From assembly GCA_030704615.1 (NCBI GenBank), contig CM060733.1, positions 52,204,001 to 52,268,000 on the forward strand: a stretch of DNA of 64,000 bases, read 5' to 3'. The notes beneath the pieces were generated by a model. That model was not told the DNA's origin. It was given only the letters and a program-made list of their open reading frames with translations, and searched no databases. The translations under genes and the position numbers were made by a program. The DNA comes from Takakia lepidozioides (Eukaryota > Plantae > Bryophyta). Below, in pieces: positions 58,206 through 64,000 of the stretch; within the stretch, counting starts at the first letter, position 1, and each line of letters starts with the position of its first letter.

Positions 58206-61200
58206 TTCATCCGGACACTGCCATACAAGAGGTGTGATGTCCAATGGTGACAACTGAGGTGGTCCTGGTGCAATCACCACACTCTCCTCCTCTCCTGACG
58301 GTACAAAGGCCTCTACCCATGCTTGTTGCATCCGTCTATCAGCAGCCTGCTGCAAATCCTTGCTCGTACCCCTCAATGGAGTGTGAGCAACCATGGTAGG
58401 CAACTCCGCCATACCATGCATGTCATCTTGCTCTGCTGGAGGTGGCACATCCTCTGCATGGGCATTGCCCTCCAGCAACTCTCCAAACCAACTAACTGCA
58501 GCTGTGAAGGCTGCTAATGTTGGCATCTTGCCCTCCCGGGCAGCACCAACACCCCCAGTGAATGTTACAGGGAGCTGTACACGACGACCATCCCCTGACT
58601 GCTATCCAAGCATGTAGGATGCTGACTCCTCCCAAAAATCCAAGGTGAAACCCATGGAATACAACACTGCCCCACCAACGAGGACATCGTAAGAGACCGC
58701 GTCTGTCACAATGGCCTTGGCTCGCATCATTGAGCCATCTATAGGATGATCCGACTGTAGTCTAATGGCCAACTCACGCCGTGTCATGCTCCGAGCCTGC
58801 TCTGATCCTCCCAGAGATGTCTGTATCTGGAAAAGACAAGGCTCCATATCTGTCTCCATGAGGCCCAAACCTGCAATAGCAGCTCTGCCCAACATCAGTG
58901 GCTGAGCTCCCGAGTCCAACAAGACCCGCAATGGCCGGTATCTCTTGCCTGCCGGTCCACTCAAAGAGTAAATGTCATCCTAGTTGTCTAACAAGACAAC
59001 TCTAGGTGTCACCATGGCGTGCTCAAAGGGTGGCCTAGCTGGCAGCTCCATCAACCTGGCAGCCGCAGCTTGCCATGGTGCAGCCGTGGCAGTCTTGACC
59101 CTCAAATCCGAGGATCCCTCTGCCACTATACCTTTCACTAACTCCGCAGAAGATGAAGTGACCTCCCCACTCTCACAGAGTGTTGTTGCTAGTCTGAACA
59201 CTGCAGCTAGTCTTACCCCCGGCGTTGCAATCATGGTTGCCGAGAACAGTGGGGCCTGACACACAGAGGTGGCTGCCCCCAACAACACGCTGGCTGCACT
59301 AGCCTTGGCAGCAGGTGTCAGTGTTGCACGTGTAGCTCTTCCCAATGGCACAATAACGGCCTCTGCTTCGGTATCCGTCGGGCGAGAACTAGGTGCCATG
59401 GATGTCGTTGACCCTGTCTCTGCCAAGATGAATGATTGAGGCAACCTAGCTTGACGGCTTGCCTCCCCACGCTATGGATCCAACTCCACCTCTGCACCTC
59501 GTGGCTCAGGAACTCGTGCTGCTCCTCGAGTGACGGCTGCAGCAGACTCCTCCTGCACTAGTGGTAGTGCTGCCCCACACATAAATCCCATGCCTCCCAT
59601 GTCTCCTTCGTCAAGATGACGTTGTTGAGGAGGAACAGGAGGTGGACCCTCAGGTCTTGGAGCTGGTACCACCTGAGCTGTGGCCATGGCAGCAAGCCGT
59701 TGCTCTAGCTGCTGAAGCCGGTTGGCCATGCCTTGGTCAACACCCTGACCTCCACGTCCTTGGCCATAATGTGCTTGCCCTCATCCTACACCTTGTGCCT
59801 GACCACCTCGTCCTCTCTGAGGTGCTCCACCTTGCCCTCGGCCACCATTGTTCCCTTGGAACTGGCCTTGCCGCAACTCAGGGTGCAAGTCATAACACTG
59901 GGCATCTCTATGCCCATACTTGCCACAATGCCCACACTGCAACTGTGCAGGCTGTGCTTGTGCCGGCCCTTTGCCACTCTCTAGGCAATCTTTCTTGATA
60001 TGGGGTCCTCCACATGTCCAACATACCACCCCTGGTTGTTGTTGGCCTGCAAAAAAAGCTACTGGCCTCTGCACCTGAGGTCCCCTGTAAGTTCCATGGA
60101 ATTTGGATTGGGCAACCTTGCCCCCCTGACCACGCTGTTGGGCAATCTCTTGTGCCTGTTGGCTGGCAGCTGCGCCTCGTGCAGGCATGTCCTTGCCAAA
60201 TCCAATGGTAACAACTCTCTCCTCCACCATGTTGAGCCCAATTCGCTCAGCCAGCAGAAACACATCTGCTAATGTGGGTTTGGCCGCTTGTAACAGGGTT
60301 GCATCCCGCACCCTTCTCCTGAGCTCCTTGTCCAAAATTCCATACTAGAACTGGACTACCTGAGCTTCAGTAACCCCTTGGGTCACATTTATCAAGCGCC
60401 TCATACGAGTGTAGGCCTCTCGCAAGCTCTTACTAGATTTGCGCTGGAAGTCTTGCAAACTTCGCAGCTTCTCTGTCCGTATGCCTTGGTAGTTCGTCCA
60501 CAACTCCTGGAAGAACTCCACCACCGGGTTGAATCTAGGTACATGTGTTGTAGAGTGGCAGGAGGAGTAGTAGCACCTTTTGAACTGGTACCACCTGTAG
60601 AAGTACCGACACTACTTGTTTCACTACTAGTGTTGGCAGTGGGAGATATTGGTGCTGATGCAGTTATTGGTCGCATCGTGCCTCGAGTAATGGAGACGTA
60701 GTCAGGTGACCAATACATCCTCCACTCCTCAATCTCTGCTTCATGTCCTCGCCTGAACTTGTGGTAATCGTCCATAGGCGGGCCTTCCAAATGCTGGAAC
60801 AGTCCCTTCCACGCCATGAATGGGGTGAACAGCTGTGGATTGCGCATCTGCTGCAAATCACACCAGCTGTCGAACTCCTGGATAAAGTCATCCAGTTTGA
60901 TCGTGCCCACAGCTCCAGTGTACCTACGAGGCTCCTTGGTAGCTCCATACATCTCCTTCACGTCGTCTCACAATAATGGCGAAGAAAACTGCACACCAGT
61001 TGATGAAGCCTCTGAGTCTGTGTCAGACTCTACACTAGTTGAGGATGGAGGTGAAGGTGGTCTGAACCAAACACCTCGTCTTGTGAACCCACTCTCACTG
61101 CTACTGCCTGTAGCCGTACTCCCCTCAAAACCCTTGGGTAACTCCGTGATGACACTCACAACGACCCGCACCTCCCCCACGTGACACTATAAGGCTCTAC

Positions 61201-63029
61201 TAGTACTAATTCTAAAAGTGACACGGGTGGGCACCTGTTGCAGTTTAAGGGTCATATCCCAGTGGCTCAGGGCACCTGCACCTGCATCCACCGCAAGAAC
61301 TCCTATGGTTGGCTGGTCATCAACCCAGTCTCACCATAGAAGAAACACTGGTGGTCTTGCTGGTCATCACTCCAGCCTCACCACCGACAACATACTCTAG
61401 GATTGACCGGTGATCAAATCCGGCCTAATCCCTATGAAAGCAAGCGCCCACACAAAACCAACATGGCGCACAATCAAGCATGCAGGTATTGGGGGGGGAT
61501 CCAAACCCAAGAAATCAAAACATCAACACCCCCACACCAAAATCCATCTGCAGTGCTGCTCCTGCAGAATACCCCAGCCCAAAAACCCGGACTGACTCTT
61601 GCCTCCACCTATGGAAAGGTTTTGGCCTACCGAGAGGGTGGAAAGCTATAGGAAGGAGAGATTAAAGCAATTCCTAAACCTAGCATGCCCTCATCCCGAC
61701 ACTCTTCATTTCCTCTCTAGCCATACACTAATGTCAAAAAGTGACAGATGTGTTACAAACAGACAGCTAAGTGATCATCCCTGACTTTAAACAACTTCTT
61801 CAATAGACCTCAAATAGATGTGGGAAGGATCTAATTTACATTAGAAAAATTCTATAGATTTTTGGTCAGGTCCAAAAAACTAAAACTAGATTTTCGCATT
61901 CTGTAGGTCCCTGCGCAAGTTTTGGGTCAAACAGCCTTGGTATGCCAAAGTTATGGCCAAACAGGCTCTATCTAATTTAAATTAGATCAAAGAATGAATT
62001 TCTTTAATTTTTCACACCCAAAACATTCTCGACATTAAAAGCTGCTCCCAAGTCATCTACGAGTTCCCAACACGTCCATGTAGTTCTCACAGATTCCCTG
62101 GATTTCACCTACAGGTGTTTCAAACATACACCAGTGAACTGCTCTGCTCCAGCCAAGATCTGTAGGTATGCCGACTCCGGGGGTTTGATCCTTCGCATCC
62201 ACTCCATCTAGCACATCCTTCCATGCCACACTTGACCACATGCCTCAGGGAAGCAATCTGAACAGCTCCAACTTTGACCACCCACAATGAACTCCTTCGC
62301 TCTTCATCAGGGCTGCCAAGCTTCTATTGCAAGCACATGTAAATGAATTATGTGGAGCCTGAGTCACACATCTGCCCCTTCAGTTGATCACTTGTCTATC
62401 AAGGCATTTTCCCACACCTAAGTGGGTTATACCCTCCTTCACCTTGCTGTCCCACCACTAGGAGAACTTCATGAGATCAGCCACAACTATCTCATACCCC
62501 GGGGTTGCACTACATGTGAGGTCCACCAACATTCGGCTGTCCCTTCCATTCACACCTTGCTGGGCATACCCTGTGTTAATCACACTCCCTCAGACCAGAT
62601 TTCAGCCATGTCATCAGTCGCTCCAACCTTCTCTATGCTGCTGCAACTGACCAGTACAGTGATTAAACAGCTCGAGGTGCTTGCTTCTTGAGATCCCAAA
62701 GCCCATCAGATCTGACCAACATGATCATAGACATACCCTTTGCCGTCATCCAACAGGTGGAAGCTCAGTCTCCTTTATGTCCTGACCTCAGGTTCGCAAT
62801 CCGCACACTATCCATTAAATTTGGCCTGAGTCAGCTCTTCCTTCAGCAACTTGCTGGTTCCTCACACAACTGTATCGCTGCCCGCAAACCCATGCTAGAC
62901 CAAGTGTGAATTGGCTGTCTATGCACAAAGTGTCTGCCACAATGTAGCCGCTTGCACAAACTGAATAAGGCCTGCGTGAGACAGTCGTCTTTATTTTTCA
63001 TTGTTCTTAGCCGCTTGGCAGCCTGATTT

Positions 63030-63170
63030 GCTCATCATCTGAGAAAAACTCCACAGCCTCATCAGCCAGTTCTTCATCATCAATGCCTGAAGCATCATAG
63101 GCCTTCTTGTGCAGGCTGGGGTTGTCCAAAACATAGTTGGAAAATCCTGGCACATAAGTAATCTCTTCCC
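63030..63170 (-). pseudogene. NAF1: NAF1 (H/ACA RNP assembly factor) gene fragment
   Basis: ITYVPGFSNYVLDNPSLHKKAYDASGIDDEELADEAVEFFSDDE resembles the conserved plant NAF1 block ..HVL....LYKKGYDASG.NDEE....EFSDDE. Confidence 0.7.
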
Positions 63171-63685
63171 CCGATTTATGTCTTATCAACGCTTCTTCCA
63201 AGAGCGATTTATCCACTGATCAGTACCAAAAATCGCAACATTACATAGAACTTTGTTTTCTTGCGGGAACCCAGGGGTGCAATAAGCTGTTGGCTGGCTG
63301 CCGCCTTGTTAAACGGCCCACCTGCGTAACTCTGCCCATGCTCTCATACACAAGCTTGCATAACCCCAGCAAGCTACAATGCCATCTTAGAGCAAACTGA
63401 GCTGCAGCCGAAATAGTATCCGTGCCATAACGATCCTCAAGCTCGGCCTGACCTGGTTCTCCATTTCAAAATATTATTTTGTATCGACAGGAACAACCTC
63501 CAGGGAGTTTGCCAAGCTGGTGGGAATCTCTTAAACTATTCCCCCAAGACCAAGAAAATGTGACATTGCTGCTGGGCGGCTACAGCCCGCCGCTTCACTA
63601 ATCGACCAACTCCAGAATGTTGCCACGGCCTGCTTTGCTTCTGCATCGGCATATACATCTATACACAATTTTTATTTTTATTTTA

Positions 63686-63804
63686 TCGGTGACTTCGGCA
63701 GCTCCCAGAAAGTCCACAATTTGGTGCTCATTGATGGGCAGCGAGAAGAGGTATATCTGCTCCAGACTAGACTTGATCTTCCCGTCCGTAACCAACCTCT
63801 CGAG
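63686..63804 (-). pseudogene. RPS2: 40S ribosomal protein S2 (uS5) gene fragment
   Basis: [33 protein letters not shown] resembles [31 protein letters not shown]; no flanking exons. Confidence 0.8.
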
Positions 63805-64000
63805 CTAGAAGGCAATGGAAACTTGCCTTGCCTTGCCTATGGCCATGCTAGTATCGAGTTTATCCGCCGGTTCACAGTGCGATGTGGCATGGTAGACCTA
63901 TGGCCATCCTCTTGGCATCCCTGCCAAGCTGACCCATAAGCACGACAACCGCTTCTCATTCGGCCTTCACTACTCGCACACCATACATATGGTCAGAATG

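Larger units (their letters stand above)
53746..61200 (-). mobile_element. Decayed Ty3/Gypsy retrotransposon encoding a DNMT3-like methyltransferase and a C-terminal PHD finger; LTRs not identified
   Basis: Gag and two CCHC knuckles (59781-60961), protease LLDSGA (58602-58964), DNMT (57260-58205), RT (MCGDYR, LDLRSGYHQ, FGLKNAP, YIDD), RNase H (HTDWS, AYASR, TDHQPL), integrase (HHCC, WSLDFAGP, DQGREF), PHD. Confidence 0.92.

Noticed and set aside
62041-62940. Degenerate coding-like sequence
   Set aside because: No assignable motif in any frame

Overview
Eukaryotic land-plant nuclear DNA. The PLS-DYW PPR style and transposon lineages suggest a non-seed plant, but the species cannot be determined from the sequence. 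Left part (1-17 kb): two convergent PLS-E-DYW PPR RNA-editing factor paralogues and a 14-exon ATP-dependent 6-phosphofructokinase gene. Seven 5'-truncated copies of a tail-less LINE sit at TC-rich sites between the PPR genes and in PFK introns. Right part (22.7-61 kb): a resolvable transposon nest. An L1/Tx1-type LINE is split by a complete 15.5-kb Ty3/Gypsy LTR element (itself carrying a 2.5-kb non-autonomous CACTA in one LTR) and by a 12.5-kb CACTA element. That CACTA has divergently oriented TnpD and TnpA genes, an FCP1/HAD-like domain embedded in TnpA, and scrambled PPR-gene fragments. Abutting it is the most striking object: a decayed Ty3/Gypsy retrotransposon whose polyprotein reads Gag - zinc knuckles - protease - DNMT3-type C5 cytosine methyltransferase - RT - RNase H - integrase - PHD finger. 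The window ends in a mosaic of host gene fragments (NAF1, RPS2). All calls come from manual motif reading; no searches were run.
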